Notes: generated by a model from the sequence alone, not told the origin. 64,000 bases of DNA from an uncultured Clostridiaceae bacterium (GCA_964371585.1 CAYJMD010000003.1:14631-78630); one strand, 5' to 3'; counted from the first letter of the stretch, positions 15,777 through 26,731 are shown. Made by a program: numbers and translations.

Positions 15777-17861
15777 TTACATTCCTATATTCTTAAGCTG
15801 CTCTCCATATTCTTTAAATAGTGTTTGTTTAAGATTACTATATTCTTTTTTAGCTAAAGTTGAATCTTCATCAAATATATCCTTTGATGCATCTGTTGCC
15901 ATTTTTAAAACTTCCATATCTTTTAATAAATCTGCAAGTTTAAATTCTGGTAGTCCACTTTGTCTTATTCCAAAAAAATCTCCAGGTCCTCTAAGTTCTA
16001 AATCTTTACTTGCTATTTCAAATCCATTGTTACTTGTTTCCATTATTTTAAGTCTCTCTTTTACTTTAGCTGATTTAACAGAACTTTTAAGTACACAATA
16101 TGATTCGTATTTACCTCTACCTACTCTTCCTCTTAATTGATGAAGTGCTGCAAGTCCAAATCTCTCTGCATTTTCTATAATCATAAGTGATGCATTAGGA
16201 ACATTCACTCCTACCTCTATTACTGTTGTTGAAATAAGTATGTCAATTTCTCCATCTTTATATCTATTCATTATTTCATCTTTTTCTTTATTTTTCATTT
16301 TACCATGAATATATGCAATATTAAATTTATTTAATGTACTATTTTTATACTCTTCATATATTTTAGTAACAGATTTTAAATTTTCATCTGGATTTTCCTC
16401 TGACTCTTCTACTAAAGGACATACAATATATACTTGTCTTCCACTTTCTATTTCTTTAGATATAAATGAATTTATTCTCTCTTCATATGATTTATCTACA
16501 GCAAATGTTTTAATGAATTTTCTACCGGGTGGTAGTTCATCTATTATTGATATGTCTAAGTCTCCATATAGCATAAGTCCTAATGTTCTAGGAATAGGAG
16601 TTGCACTCATTACAAGTGATTCAACATCTACTTTTTTATTTACAAGTTTCATACGTTGCTTAACTCCAAATCTATGTTGTTCATCTGTTATTACAAGTGC
16701 TAAATTATTAAATTCAATATTATCTTCTATTAATGAGTGTGTACCAAATATTATATTTATATTACCTGTTACTAAATCTGTTATTATATTTTCTTTTTGC
16801 TTTTTTGTTGTAGTTGATGTTATTATAGCACATTTATATCCAAGTTTATCAAAATATGGTTTAAGTTCTAAATAGTGCTGAGTTGCAAGTATTGTTGTTG
16901 GAGCCATCATTGCAGCTTGATAACCATTTTTTACAGCTATATATATACTGGCAGCTGCTACTATTGTTTTACCACTACCAACATCTCCTTGAATCATTCT
17001 GTTCATAAGATGTTTTGAAGACATATCATCTTTTATCTCTCTTACAACTCTCTTTTGCGCATTTGTCAGACTAAAAGGTATAAGGTTTAAAAACTCTTCT
17101 ATATCGATATCTTTAAATTGAGTTCTTTTAATAACCTTAACATCATTATTTTTAATAATTTTAAGTGCACATATAAGTTTAAATAACTCATCAAAAATAA
17201 GTCTTTTTCTAGCTATAGCTACTTCTTTAAAATCCTTTGGCATATGTATTTTATTATTTGCAAACTCTAGTGAACACAGATTATACTTTTTTAATATTTC
17301 TGAAGGTAGTATCTCATATTTACTTTCATCAATAGTTTCCTCTAATAACTCAATAGTATTTGTTATTAGATTAAACATGTATTTTTGAGTAAGGCCTTTT
17401 GTAAGAGGATATATTGGATATACTCCCATTATTTTGAGTAGTTCAAATTTATTATATATCTGCGGTGATTCTACCTTTGCCTTAGTTCCTACTAATATTA
17501 CTTTACCAAAAAATACATATTCAACATTTTGTTTTAAAGATTCTTTTAAGAAAGGTTGATTAAAAAATACTAGTTCTACAAATCCAGTTCCATCTGAAAA
17601 AATAGCTTTTGTAACACTAAATTTACCTTTACGCATTATCTTTAAAGTATTTGGAACCATCATACCTGTAAAAAGTATACTTTCACCATTTGTAAATTCA
17701 GCTATTTTCCTAAGCTGTGTTCTATCTTCATATACTCTTGGATAATATGTAATTAAATCTTTAACAGTAAAAATTCCTACAGCATTTAATATTTTACTTT
17801 TAGCTGGACCTACACCTTTTATATATTCTATACTACTATTTAATGTAATTATATTTGCCAT
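15777..17861 (-). CDS. recG: ATP-dependent DNA helicase RecG
   Basis: GDVGSGKT Walker A, DEQHRFG and QLRGRVGRG motifs; 694 aa. Confidence 0.95.
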   Translation of the reverse strand: MANIITLNSSIEYIKGVGPAKSKILNAVGIFTVKDLITYYPRVYEDRTQLRKIAEFTNGESILFTGMMVPNTLKIMRKGKFSVTKAIFSDGTGFVELVFFNQPFLKESLKQNVEYVFFGKVILVGTKAKVESPQIYNKFELLKIMGVYPIYPLTKGLTQKYMFNLITNTIELLEETIDESKYEILPSEILKKYNLCSLEFANNKIHMPKDFKEVAIARKRLIFDELFKLICALKIIKNNDVKVIKRTQFKDIDIEEFLNLIPFSLTNAQKRVVREIKDDMSSKHLMNRMIQGDVGSGKTIVAAASIYIAVKNGYQAAMMAPTTILATQHYLELKPYFDKLGYKCAIITSTTTKKQKENIITDLVTGNINIIFGTHSLIEDNIEFNNLALVITDEQHRFGVKQRMKLVNKKVDVESLVMSATPIPRTLGLMLYGDLDISIIDELPPGRKFIKTFAVDKSYEERINSFISKEIESGRQVYIVCPLVEESEENPDENLKSVTKIYEEYKNSTLNKFNIAYIHGKMKNKEKDEIMNRYKDGEIDILISTTVIEVGVNVPNASLMIIENAERFGLAALHQLRGRVGRGKYESYCVLKSSVKSAKVKERLKIMETSNNGFEIASKDLELRGPGDFFGIRQSGLPEFKLADLLKDMEVLKMATDASKDIFDEDSTLAKKEYSNLKQTLFKEYGEQLKNIGM

Positions 17862-17918
17862 TTTTTCACCTCGTATATTCTATTATATCACTTTATTTAT
17901 CTCTCTTCAAGTAAATAT

Positions 17919-17963
17919 ATTTTAGATATTTATTTTTCTTTTTTAATACAATTTTAGATATTT
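17919..17963. repeat. 13-bp direct repeat ATTTTAGATATTT x2 upstream of the PadR promoter
   Basis: Copies at 17919-17931 and 17951-17963. Confidence 0.5.
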
Positions 17964-17975
17964 TTATTAAAACCA

Positions 17976-18004
17976 TTGACAAGTTATATTATTTTTTGTA
18001 TAAT
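17976..18004 (+). promoter_or_regulatory. consensus sigma-A promoter for the PadR operon
   Basis: TTGACA-17 nt-TATAAT, an exact consensus match. Confidence 0.75.
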
Positions 18005-18055
18005 ACTATTCATAGAATAATATAATTTTAAAAATAATATAAAGGAGGATTTATT

Positions 18056-18379
18056 ATGACATTTAATGTAGCAGCAAAACTTTTAGATGCTTGCATACTC
18101 GGAGTTGTTGCATCAGGTGATACTTATGGTTATGATTTAACATCAAAAATAGGTGATAAATTAAACATTTCCGAATCAGCTCTCTACCCTGTTCTTAGAC
18201 GTCTTTCAAAAGAAGGACTACTTACTACATATGATAAACCAATAGACGGAAGAAATAGAAAATACTATAGTATTACAAATGAAGGAAAACTAAAACTTAA
18301 TTTTTTTAAAGAAGAATGGAATAATTATAAAGATACCATTGATTCTATGTTTATGAAAGGAGAAAAATATAATGACTAA
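18056..18379 (+). CDS. PadR-family transcriptional regulator
   Basis: YGYDL..LYPVLRRLSKEGLL winged-helix motif. Confidence 0.9.
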   Translation: MTFNVAAKLLDACILGVVASGDTYGYDLTSKIGDKLNISESALYPVLRRLSKEGLLTTYDKPIDGRNRKYYSITNEGKLKLNFFKEEWNNYKDTIDSMFMKGEKYND

Positions 18380-18911
18380 ATCTGAATTTTTTAATATCTT
18401 AGAAAATAACATTAAATACTTACCAAAAGAAGAAAAAGATAGTGCACTTGAATTTTACCATGAATACTTTAATGAAGCCGAAAGTGAGGAAATTGCTCTA
18501 AAAAAACTTGAGCATCCTAAAGATATATCAAGAAACTTAATACTTGAATTTGGAGAAAAAAAACCTAAATCAATCTCACCTATTTTACTTGCACTTCTTA
18601 TAATTTCAAGTCCAATATCTCTACCACTAGCATTTGCATTAATAACAGTAGCAGGTGCAATTATATTTAGTATTTTTGTAGTATTTATAAGTTTAATATT
18701 TACTTTTATACTTCTATTTGGAGTATCACTTATATGTCTTATACCTGCATTCATTTACAATATTCCGACAGGTCTTATCTTTTTAGGACTTTCATTTATA
18801 AGTATATTCTTATTTGGAACTACTGTTATTATACTTGATAAATTTATCATAGGAATAAATAAATTAGCATTAAAATTTGTAAAGGAGAAAAATAATAATG
18901 AAAAAAAATAA
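18372..18911 (+). CDS. DUF1700-like membrane protein
   Basis: N-terminal soluble helix region plus C-terminal TM helices. Canonical partner of PadR; overlaps both neighbouring genes. Confidence 0.7.
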   Translation: MTKSEFFNILENNIKYLPKEEKDSALEFYHEYFNEAESEEIALKKLEHPKDISRNLILEFGEKKPKSISPILLALLIISSPISLPLAFALITVAGAIIFSIFVVFISLIFTFILLFGVSLICLIPAFIYNIPTGLIFLGLSFISIFLFGTTVIILDKFIIGINKLALKFVKEKNNNEKK

Positions 18912-19644
18912 ATTTTTAATTTTATTATCATTTTTGATAATAGGTATAATACTAGTAGTTATAGGTATCCAGCTCGGAGGAAGTATCTCAGCTTCTTTTC
19001 ACGATTTTAATATCACTTTCAATAATAGAAATAAATTAGATACACCTATTACTGAAGCATTTACTAATATTAAACATATAAATATATCTTCTACATCTCC
19101 ACTTAATATTGATATATTAAAGGGTGATGAGTTTAAAGTAGTATATGATGATCCATATCTAGAAATTAATCAAAATGTTATAGATGAAGTAAACGCTTTA
19201 CATTTAGTTTCTAACGGATCGGATAATCATTTTATATTTGGAATAAATACAAATACAGCATATGATATTACAATATATATTCCAGATGATTTAGAATCTT
19301 TAATAATAAACTCTGCACTAGTAGACATAGATATTTCAAACATAAATGTTTCAGATTTAAATATAGATGTAGATTTAGGTAATATAATAGTTAATTCTAT
19401 AATAACAGATACAATAACTGCAACATCAGATTTAGGAAATTTTGAATTTTCTAATATAACATCAAATGGGACAACACTTACTTCTAATTTAGGTAATATA
19501 ATAATTAAGTTTTCTACTTTAGGAGATTTAACTACAACATCCGATCTTGGAAATATTGAAGTTTTAAATAATAAGTTCAAATCATTTAATCACAGTGTAA
19601 GCTTGGGAAATATAGTAAATTTAAATAATGAAATAATAGAATAA
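18898..19644 (+). CDS. DUF4097-like beta-repeat protein with N-terminal TM anchor
   Basis: Repeated SDLGNI/NLGNII beta-strand motifs. Third gene of the usual PadR/DUF1700/DUF4097 trio. Confidence 0.7.
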   Translation: MKKNKFLILLSFLIIGIILVVIGIQLGGSISASFHDFNITFNNRNKLDTPITEAFTNIKHINISSTSPLNIDILKGDEFKVVYDDPYLEINQNVIDEVNALHLVSNGSDNHFIFGINTNTAYDITIYIPDDLESLIINSALVDIDISNINVSDLNIDVDLGNIIVNSIITDTITATSDLGNFEFSNITSNGTTLTSNLGNIIIKFSTLGDLTTTSDLGNIEVLNNKFKSFNHSVSLGNIVNLNNEIIE

Positions 19645-19647
19645 AGA

Positions 19648-19688
19648 AATAAAGATAAGTAAATTTAATACTGTTACTTATCTTTATT
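19648..19688. terminator. bidirectional hairpin terminator
   Basis: AATAAAGATAAGTA-N13-TACTTATCTTTATT, a perfect 14-bp stem. Confidence 0.8.
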
Positions 19689-19694
19689 ATATTT

Positions 19695-20837
19695 TTAATT
19701 ACTAATCAATTTATTGAATTCTTTATTTTTAGTTTTATTCTTATTTTTAATCTTATTTACATATATTAATCTGATTAATATAATCATATGTATACTAATA
19801 GCTACTGATCCAATTATAACGGGTAGTAATGTTATATTAAACTCAGTTGATGTTGTTATATTAGGAAAAATATTTAATGCTATCAATGTTATTATAATTG
19901 GTAATAAATATGTAAGCATAAGCTTATTTAGTTTAGCCTCTTTATATGAATAAAAGTTTTTAAATGCATAATAACTACATATAAGTACTCCTATAAACAT
20001 CATTACTATAAAATATATGGATACAATATTTTCTACTCTTTCTATTATACCCAGCATTTTAATTTCTTTAAGAATAACATATTCTGGATATTTAAGTATA
20101 GAAACTATATCATAACCTAAAGTAGTTAATGTAGTAAAAAACATTGTAATGAGACCTAAATTAGATAATATATATGTTATTATTATATTTTTACTTATTT
20201 TTTCTCTATTTTCTAACTCTTTAGGAGATACACATAGTAATATAAATAACACTACTGAATTTAATACTGTATACATTATTACAGAATATATATCCCTTTC
20301 GAGTGATGCAGTAAACATTGGTAGTAAATTATCTAGTTTTATCTTATCTAATAATCCAAATATAACAAATATAAACAGTGCAACTGCAGGATACATTAAT
20401 ATTTGTGAAGTTTTAGATATTGTATTAATACCTTTTGAAAGCGCATATATTAAAGGTACTACTAATAATACACCTATATAATATTTATCTATTAACACTA
20501 AATAATTTAAATTTAAGAATGTTATCAAATTGTATAGTATGATTACAGCTATAAAAAGTGCAAGTATACTTAATATAAAATTAAAAACATTTCCAATAAT
20601 ATTTCCAAATATTTTTTTATTTAAGCTAAATATATTTAGATCTTCACTATTTTTAAATATATATAAATATATGACAAGAGGTATAAAACCTAGTATAAAT
20701 CCAGCTATTGCACATATAACAGTTTCTCTTATAGAATATTGAAACATATTGTATAATCCTGTACCTAAAAATAAACTGTTCATTAAAAAATATGCTAAAC
20801 TGCACAATGCTACATTACTTATTTTTTGCCTTACCAT
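19695..20837 (-). CDS. spore germination protein, GerAB/GerKB-type permease subunit
   Basis: 380 aa, about 10 TM helices, last gene of the ger operon. Confidence 0.8.
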   Translation of the reverse strand: MVRQKISNVALCSLAYFLMNSLFLGTGLYNMFQYSIRETVICAIAGFILGFIPLVIYLYIFKNSEDLNIFSLNKKIFGNIIGNVFNFILSILALFIAVIILYNLITFLNLNYLVLIDKYYIGVLLVVPLIYALSKGINTISKTSQILMYPAVALFIFVIFGLLDKIKLDNLLPMFTASLERDIYSVIMYTVLNSVVLFILLCVSPKELENREKISKNIIITYILSNLGLITMFFTTLTTLGYDIVSILKYPEYVILKEIKMLGIIERVENIVSIYFIVMMFIGVLICSYYAFKNFYSYKEAKLNKLMLTYLLPIIITLIALNIFPNITTSTEFNITLLPVIIGSVAISIHMIILIRLIYVNKIKNKNKTKNKEFNKLISN

Positions 20838-22012
20838 TTTTTTAGAACACCACCTTCTTCTTCTAAACTACTTATAACATTTATATTAAATTTAATATTT
20901 TTAAAATACTCCTCATAGAATATATCTTTAATAGCTATATACTCATTATAATAATTCTTGTAAAACATATCTCTCACTCCTAAGACATCTGTTTCATATA
21001 CATTAAACATATTATAAAAAAATGATTCTATATATTTTTTTATAATTTCATTAATCTCATTTTCTACAGTTGATATATCCTCATTGGTATCTAATTCTAA
21101 CATTGGATCTTTTTCAGTTATCAGTATTTTTGTTTCTAATTTTATATCTAAACTAAAACTACCATTTTCATATTTAGGATCTATTTTAGACATACTAGAT
21201 AAAAGTTCAAATGATATTTTTTTATCATTAATGGTGCTAGAATAAACTGTTTTTCCAATATCATTTTTAAGTAAGTTTAATGTTTTAGAATCTTCAGCTG
21301 AAAGATATCCTTTAAATTCATCTTTATTAAAATATGCTATATCACTAAGTAGTAACCTTGCTTCAGTTTCAGAATTTTCTAAATTTTCTTTTTTTTCAGC
21401 CTCTTCTAGCTGACCTTCTATCTCACAAGAAGCCATTAAAAGTTCTAAATTTTCATTAAGTATTTCTGTCATTGACGTAAGGAATGTAGATTTGACGGTT
21501 GTTCCTACATATTTAAGATTTGCATCAATACTCTCAGATAAGTTCTTAGTTGAATTATTCTCAATAGGTGTAAGTATTTTCAGTACATCTTGTGCAGTAC
21601 TACCTTCTTTTACTACAAGCATTAGTCCATTTATACTTGTTTCATTATCTCTCATAAAAAAATCTACGCATTCATGTATATCATTTTTAGCTACATCTTC
21701 AGATATGACAACCATATTCATGTGAGCTATATATAATTTTTTAGGTGATTGCTCTATTATATTTCTAAGACCTTCTTGTATTGTACTTGCATTTTGATAA
21801 TATACTGTGACATCAGAAGAGGTTGCTCCACTTTTTGTTCCTGATGATTCTTTTTTTGAATTAACTATTTGCGCAGACATTAGATATGTTCCATCTTCAT
21901 TTTTATCAATACTTATAGCAGATACAATAGCTAAATCTTGAAGTTCTCTATAATTATCAAGACCACCAAAAACAATCATAGCTATAAGTATGATAAGTAT
22001 TTTTATTTTCAT
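20831..22012 (-). CDS. spore germination protein, Ger(x)C-type subunit
   Basis: 393 aa. N-terminal hydrophobic segment, then RELQDLAIVSAISIDK, typical of GerC proteins. There is no Cys at the usual lipobox position. Confidence 0.8.
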   Translation of the reverse strand: MKIKILIILIAMIVFGGLDNYRELQDLAIVSAISIDKNEDGTYLMSAQIVNSKKESSGTKSGATSSDVTVYYQNASTIQEGLRNIIEQSPKKLYIAHMNMVVISEDVAKNDIHECVDFFMRDNETSINGLMLVVKEGSTAQDVLKILTPIENNSTKNLSESIDANLKYVGTTVKSTFLTSMTEILNENLELLMASCEIEGQLEEAEKKENLENSETEARLLLSDIAYFNKDEFKGYLSAEDSKTLNLLKNDIGKTVYSSTINDKKISFELLSSMSKIDPKYENGSFSLDIKLETKILITEKDPMLELDTNEDISTVENEINEIIKKYIESFFYNMFNVYETDVLGVRDMFYKNYYNEYIAIKDIFYEEYFKNIKFNINVISSLEEEGGVLKKW

Positions 22013-23595
22013 AAGCTGTTCTCCTTTTTCATTCTAAATAGATTTTTAGTAAGCAATGAATTTCTTCTTTTATGTTTAGTTATTTTTTTTCTATTTAGCG
22101 TATCTGTAACTAGTTCTTCCATGTTTAAAGGTGCAAATGGATACATATATGGTACTTTATAACTATTAACGCTAACAAGTTTTATTACAAGAAGTATACT
22201 TGCTACAACAATCCCTACTATTCCGGATGTTGCCGCAAATATAAGTAAAATTAATCTCCATCTTCTAAGTGCATTTATAAAATTAATATCTGTAAAAATA
22301 ATACCCGATATTACAGTTATTGCAACAACTATTATCATAACAGGTGATACAATTCCCGCATTAACTGCAGCCTCACCAAGAATTAAAGCTCCAACTATTG
22401 ATAAAGTGCTACCTGCCATTGAAGGGGCTCTAAAGTCACCTTCTCTTAAAACTTCAAAACCAATAATCATAATTAGTGCTTCTATTATTGCTGGAGCAGG
22501 AACTGAATCTCTTTGAACAGCAAAAGATATGAGAAGATCTGTTGGAAGAGCTTCTTGATTAAAAGTAGTCAGTGCTATATAAATGGCTGGAGCAAATAAA
22601 GATATAAAAAATGCTAAATACCTTATTAGTCTAATAAACATTGAAGCATTACTTTTTTCATAATAATCATCCATTTGTTTAAAAAAATCTGCTAAAAATA
22701 TTGGAAGAACAATTGCAAACGGTGAATTTTCAACTATAAGTACTGCTCTGCCTTGTAATAGATAATTACAGACAAGATCTGGTCTTTCCGTACTTATAAT
22801 AGTTGGAAATACTGTTTTATCTGAACTTTCTGTAAAAAATTCAGATAATGTATTACTATCTAAAATACTATCTATATTAATTTTATCTATATCTGATTGT
22901 AATTTTTTTATTAAATCTTTATTGCAAATATCATCAACATATAATATTCCAACTTTTGTTTTTGTTCTTCTCCCCACTAAACTTTCTTCAAGTCTAAGTC
23001 CTGGCTCTTTAATACGTCTTCTTATTAAACCTATATTCATACTATAGTTTTCATTAAAAGCATCTTTAGGTCCTTTTAAAGTACGCTCATTTGTAGGCTC
23101 AGAAATAGCTCTATTTAAAAAAGCTCTTGTTTCTAGTGCTATAATACCATCATCTAAAACTATAATTGCAAATCCAGAATATATGTAATGGAATATATCA
23201 TCTTTATCATAGTTAAATTTTACTGCTTTAGAAAAATAAATTTGACTCATAAACATGTCTAGTAATTCTAAATCATAATTGTTTTCATTTGTTTTAGCTA
23301 ATTTATTTATCTTATTTCTTTTTATAATTTTAATATTTGAATTATTGTTATTATTATCAATATTATCTTTAATTTCTTCTACATTTTTTATTTTTATATA
23401 ATCATTCAAAATATTATTTATACTCTTAATTACAAAATTAGAGATAAACTCTGAATTACAAACATGTTCATTATATAATACATTAACACTATAATTTTTA
23501 ACACTTATAGTTCTATACATCATATCTGGCGAATCTGCTGTTTTATCTTTTATATATTTTACAACTTTTTCTTTACTTAAATTTTTTAAATCCAT
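22009..23595 (-). CDS. spore germination protein, GerAA/GerKA-type subunit
   Basis: ATG 23595 after a GAGG SD. FPTIISTERPD and GRAVLIVENSPFAIVLP motifs, C-terminal TM helices. Confidence 0.9.
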   Translation of the reverse strand: MDLKNLSKEKVVKYIKDKTADSPDMMYRTISVKNYSVNVLYNEHVCNSEFISNFVIKSINNILNDYIKIKNVEEIKDNIDNNNNNSNIKIIKRNKINKLAKTNENNYDLELLDMFMSQIYFSKAVKFNYDKDDIFHYIYSGFAIIVLDDGIIALETRAFLNRAISEPTNERTLKGPKDAFNENYSMNIGLIRRRIKEPGLRLEESLVGRRTKTKVGILYVDDICNKDLIKKLQSDIDKINIDSILDSNTLSEFFTESSDKTVFPTIISTERPDLVCNYLLQGRAVLIVENSPFAIVLPIFLADFFKQMDDYYEKSNASMFIRLIRYLAFFISLFAPAIYIALTTFNQEALPTDLLISFAVQRDSVPAPAIIEALIMIIGFEVLREGDFRAPSMAGSTLSIVGALILGEAAVNAGIVSPVMIIVVAITVISGIIFTDINFINALRRWRLILLIFAATSGIVGIVVASILLVIKLVSVNSYKVPYMYPFAPLNMEELVTDTLNRKKITKHKRRNSLLTKNLFRMKKENSL

Positions 23596-23673
23596 AATAT
23601 ACCTCACATATATTATGGATTTAATAACTATTTTTATACGATTATAATATTGATTTCAATAATAAATATTGTA

Positions 23674-25017
23674 CTATATTTGATTTAATGTTACTCCAGT
23701 GTAGTAATGATATAAAATATCTGAATATGAATATCCTTCCTTTGCAGCTTCATTTGCTCCATATTGACTCATTCCAACTCCATGTCCATATCCTCTTGTA
23801 GTAATTTTAAATCCTGTTTCTGTTTTTGCAATAGTAAAGTCTGTTGATCTAAGAGAAAGTTTAGTTCTAAGAGTAACTCCTGAAAATATAGTATCACCTA
23901 TCTTAATACTATCAACTCTATTACTTACTGTATATGAAATAAGTTCAATATTTGTATCATAATTTATATTCATACCAAGTTTACTAGATAATGTAGAATA
24001 ACTTATATCTACTGTTTTTTCATAACCTGATACATTTTTATCCCAGTTACTACTAACACTTTGTAAATATGATACATCATTACCCCAAACATATTTTGGA
24101 AGTTCTGTCATCCCATTACTTGTAGAATGGTATAGTGCATCTATATACCCTCCATTATATTTTAGAACAAGTCCTTTTGTATCATATACTGCATCTTTTA
24201 TTTTATTATAGTATGTATCATATGAAGATCCCCATATAGCTCTTAATTGACTTTCATTTTTATATACTTGATGTGTTGTAGAATTAAGTAGAGTTATACC
24301 ACTTGACGTCTTTTTCATAGCAAAAGTTCTAGCAGCAATGGCTTGTGACTTTAAGGCTTCACTGTGAAATGATGCAGGCATTTCAGCAGCTACTACTCCT
24401 ATTATGTACTCTTCTAAATTCATAGTCACAATTGTTCCATTTGTATTTAATCTTATTTGTATATCTGTAGGTACTGGTTTAATAGTTTCTTCATTCGGTG
24501 TTTCTTCAACCTCAGGAATATAGTTATTATTACCATTACTAGTATTACTATTGTTTCCACTATTATTAGTATTATTATTTGAAGTATCATTAGGAATGTT
24601 TTGCTGATTTGAAGAAGTACTATTACTATTACTATTATTACTAGTATTATCAGTTATATTTTCATTTTGTTGTAAATTTTCATTCTCTTTATCAGACAAC
24701 TTTTCCTCATCATTGGAACTAATATTGAAATCTTTACTGCTTTCTATGTTAATCGTACTGTTATCCACTTTACTTGCAAATTCTTCATTTATTCCAAAGA
24801 ACATAGCAAAACTCATACTTCCAATTAATACACCATTGATTACTAAAACACCTACATCTCCCTTTTTCAAATTTTTAGTTACATAGCTTTTCAGTTTGGT
24901 AATAAATGTTTTGTCTTCTTTATTATCATTTAAAAATTCTTTTGCAAATTCGCTATCGTCTATAACTTCAACATATACATATATATTATTATTTATAATT
25001 TTATGATTTATTATCAT
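23674..25017 (-). CDS. spoIID: stage II sporulation protein D (SpoIID/LytB domain)
   Basis: Start moved to ATG 25017 (GGTGAG SD). TM segment, N/S-rich linker, then EEYIIGVVAAEMPASFHSEALKSQAIAARTF and GHGVGMSQYGA. Confidence 0.9.
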   Translation of the reverse strand: MIINHKIINNNIYVYVEVIDDSEFAKEFLNDNKEDKTFITKLKSYVTKNLKKGDVGVLVINGVLIGSMSFAMFFGINEEFASKVDNSTINIESSKDFNISSNDEEKLSDKENENLQQNENITDNTSNNSNSNSTSSNQQNIPNDTSNNNTNNSGNNSNTSNGNNNYIPEVEETPNEETIKPVPTDIQIRLNTNGTIVTMNLEEYIIGVVAAEMPASFHSEALKSQAIAARTFAMKKTSSGITLLNSTTHQVYKNESQLRAIWGSSYDTYYNKIKDAVYDTKGLVLKYNGGYIDALYHSTSNGMTELPKYVWGNDVSYLQSVSSNWDKNVSGYEKTVDISYSTLSSKLGMNINYDTNIELISYTVSNRVDSIKIGDTIFSGVTLRTKLSLRSTDFTIAKTETGFKITTRGYGHGVGMSQYGANEAAKEGYSYSDILYHYYTGVTLNQI

Positions 25018-25353
25018 ATACTCACCTGTTATATTATTTACATTAGTATTTACAATATACAAACATATACATATTCGACAAATATATTTAATACTTTTTA
25101 TATTTAAACACTTTTCAATGTCGTAATTTAAAATCATTTGTTATATTTTAACAGATATTTAATTTTTAATTGTATTTAAACTTATTTTTTATTATACTTT
25201 TACTATCCTCATTCATTGAGGAATGTATTATATACTGTTATTATAACTATTTATTTTTATATTCTAAAGTTTTTTATTTATATGTTAGTTTTTTCTAAAT
25301 TATTTTTTAGGTATATTTTACAATGTATTTTTTTCTAAAAGGAAGTGTTTTTA

Positions 25354-25731
25354 TTGTCTACATATTTTTCAAATGAATACCAAGAAAAGTTTTTAATAAG
25401 AAAAAAAATAAGGAAGTTTTCTTATTATACTTTAAAGCTATATTCTAGTATAACTCGTTATTATTTAAAAGAGAAAATATATACGTATTATACTAATGAA
25501 CCTTATTTAGTCAACTTTAAAACATCTACTTTTATTTGTCAATCTTGTAATAGTTTTAAAATTATACCAACTCATTTATTAGAATCTTTAAGTAATTTAA
25601 ATACAAATATTTCCTCTAAACATAAAACCCAAATACCATGTTTTAATTGTAATAATCAGATGTATGAGTTTCCATATTTACTTAAAGAAGACTATGAAGA
25701 GTTGTATAATATACATGAATTTTACGAGTAA
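25354..25731 (+). CDS. hypothetical zinc-ribbon protein
   Basis: TTG start 8 nt after an AAGGAAG SD. CQSC..(38 aa)..CFNC cysteine pairs; a hairpin follows the stop. Confidence 0.4.
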   Translation: MSTYFSNEYQEKFLIRKKIRKFSYYTLKLYSSITRYYLKEKIYTYYTNEPYLVNFKTSTFICQSCNSFKIIPTHLLESLSNLNTNISSKHKTQIPCFNCNNQMYEFPYLLKEDYEELYNIHEFYE

Positions 25732-25750
25732 TATTTAGTTATAATAATAA

Positions 25751-25797
25751 AAATCTAGCTTTAGTTTAAACACATAGTTTAACTTAAAGTTAGATTT
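25751..25797. terminator. imperfect bidirectional hairpin
   Basis: AAATCTAGCTTTAGTT..AACTTAAAGTTAGATTT, between convergent genes. Confidence 0.45.
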
Positions 25798-25804
25798 TAT
25801 TTAT

Positions 25805-26731
25805 TTAATTATTTTTATTTAAATAATTTTCTTTTATCTTTTTATATCTATTTTTAGTAAATGGACAGGCAGCTATACATATTCCGCACCCATAATGAGA
25901 AAAACCACTATTACATTTTTCATTTGATATACATTCAACATGTCCGTTACTATCTGTTTTAGCTTCTTCATAAATAGCTTCATATGGACATTTTTTTATG
26001 CACTGCTTACAATTACTGCAAAATTCGTAACCAAAACTAAAATCTTCATCATTTTGTAAGAATTCATCTAAATTTTTAATACTAGTATATACTATACTTA
26101 ATCTATTACAAGCTCCACTATGAGGAGTAATTAACATTCCATGTTTACCAATATATCCTAGATTTGCTTTAAATCCTGCTTTTGTATAGTCAACACTTCC
26201 TCCTAAACTATGATTTGGTACTGCTCCAAACCCTATATTTCTTAAAAATTCTGTAACTTTTAAACAAGCTACTCCGGTATCACCATATACTTCCATAACT
26301 TCTAACATACAGTCCATATTAGGAAGTTTATTTATATTAAAAACTTCACTTTTCATTCTTTTAGACATAACAATTATATTTCTATATGGGATACTTTGTC
26401 CTTTAAAGATTTCTGTCTCTTCGAAAGTAGCTACTCCCCATGAGTTCATACCTAATTCATTTATAATATAATCATTTAACAAATCAAACTTTTCTTTAGT
26501 TATTTTAGTTAAATACTCCTTATTAATATCATGTAGTCTAATTATTTTAGGTGTATTACATAAACTCTTAAGCGTATGTGATATTCTTCTTTTGTTTTTG
26601 AGCATTTTAGTTATATCTTTAAATTTAAATTTTCTCTTTGGAAAAAATCCTTTAGCTTTAGATTTATCGTTTGAATGTATGTTAGATATCTTATTTATTT
26701 CATTATCTTGATATTTTGTAATAAACTCCAC
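25805..26731 (-). CDS. QueG/reductive-dehalogenase-family 4Fe-4S protein
   Basis: Two ferredoxin-type clusters, CSNCKQCIKKCP and CGICIAACP, after an AGFKANLGYIGKHGMLITP region. Confidence 0.55.
   Translation of the reverse strand: MEFITKYQDNEINKISNIHSNDKSKAKGFFPKRKFKFKDITKMLKNKRRISHTLKSLCNTPKIIRLHDINKEYLTKITKEKFDLLNDYIINELGMNSWGVATFEETEIFKGQSIPYRNIIVMSKRMKSEVFNINKLPNMDCMLEVMEVYGDTGVACLKVTEFLRNIGFGAVPNHSLGGSVDYTKAGFKANLGYIGKHGMLITPHSGACNRLSIVYTSIKNLDEFLQNDEDFSFGYEFCSNCKQCIKKCPYEAIYEEAKTDSNGHVECISNEKCNSGFSHYGCGICIAACPFTKNRYKKIKENYLNKNN

Noticed and set aside
25018-25344. Looked for a sigma-E type sporulation promoter upstream of spoIID.
   Set aside because: Only weak partial matches (GAATAT .. 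TATATT) were found. They cannot be distinguished from background in AT-rich DNA without a genome-specific matrix.
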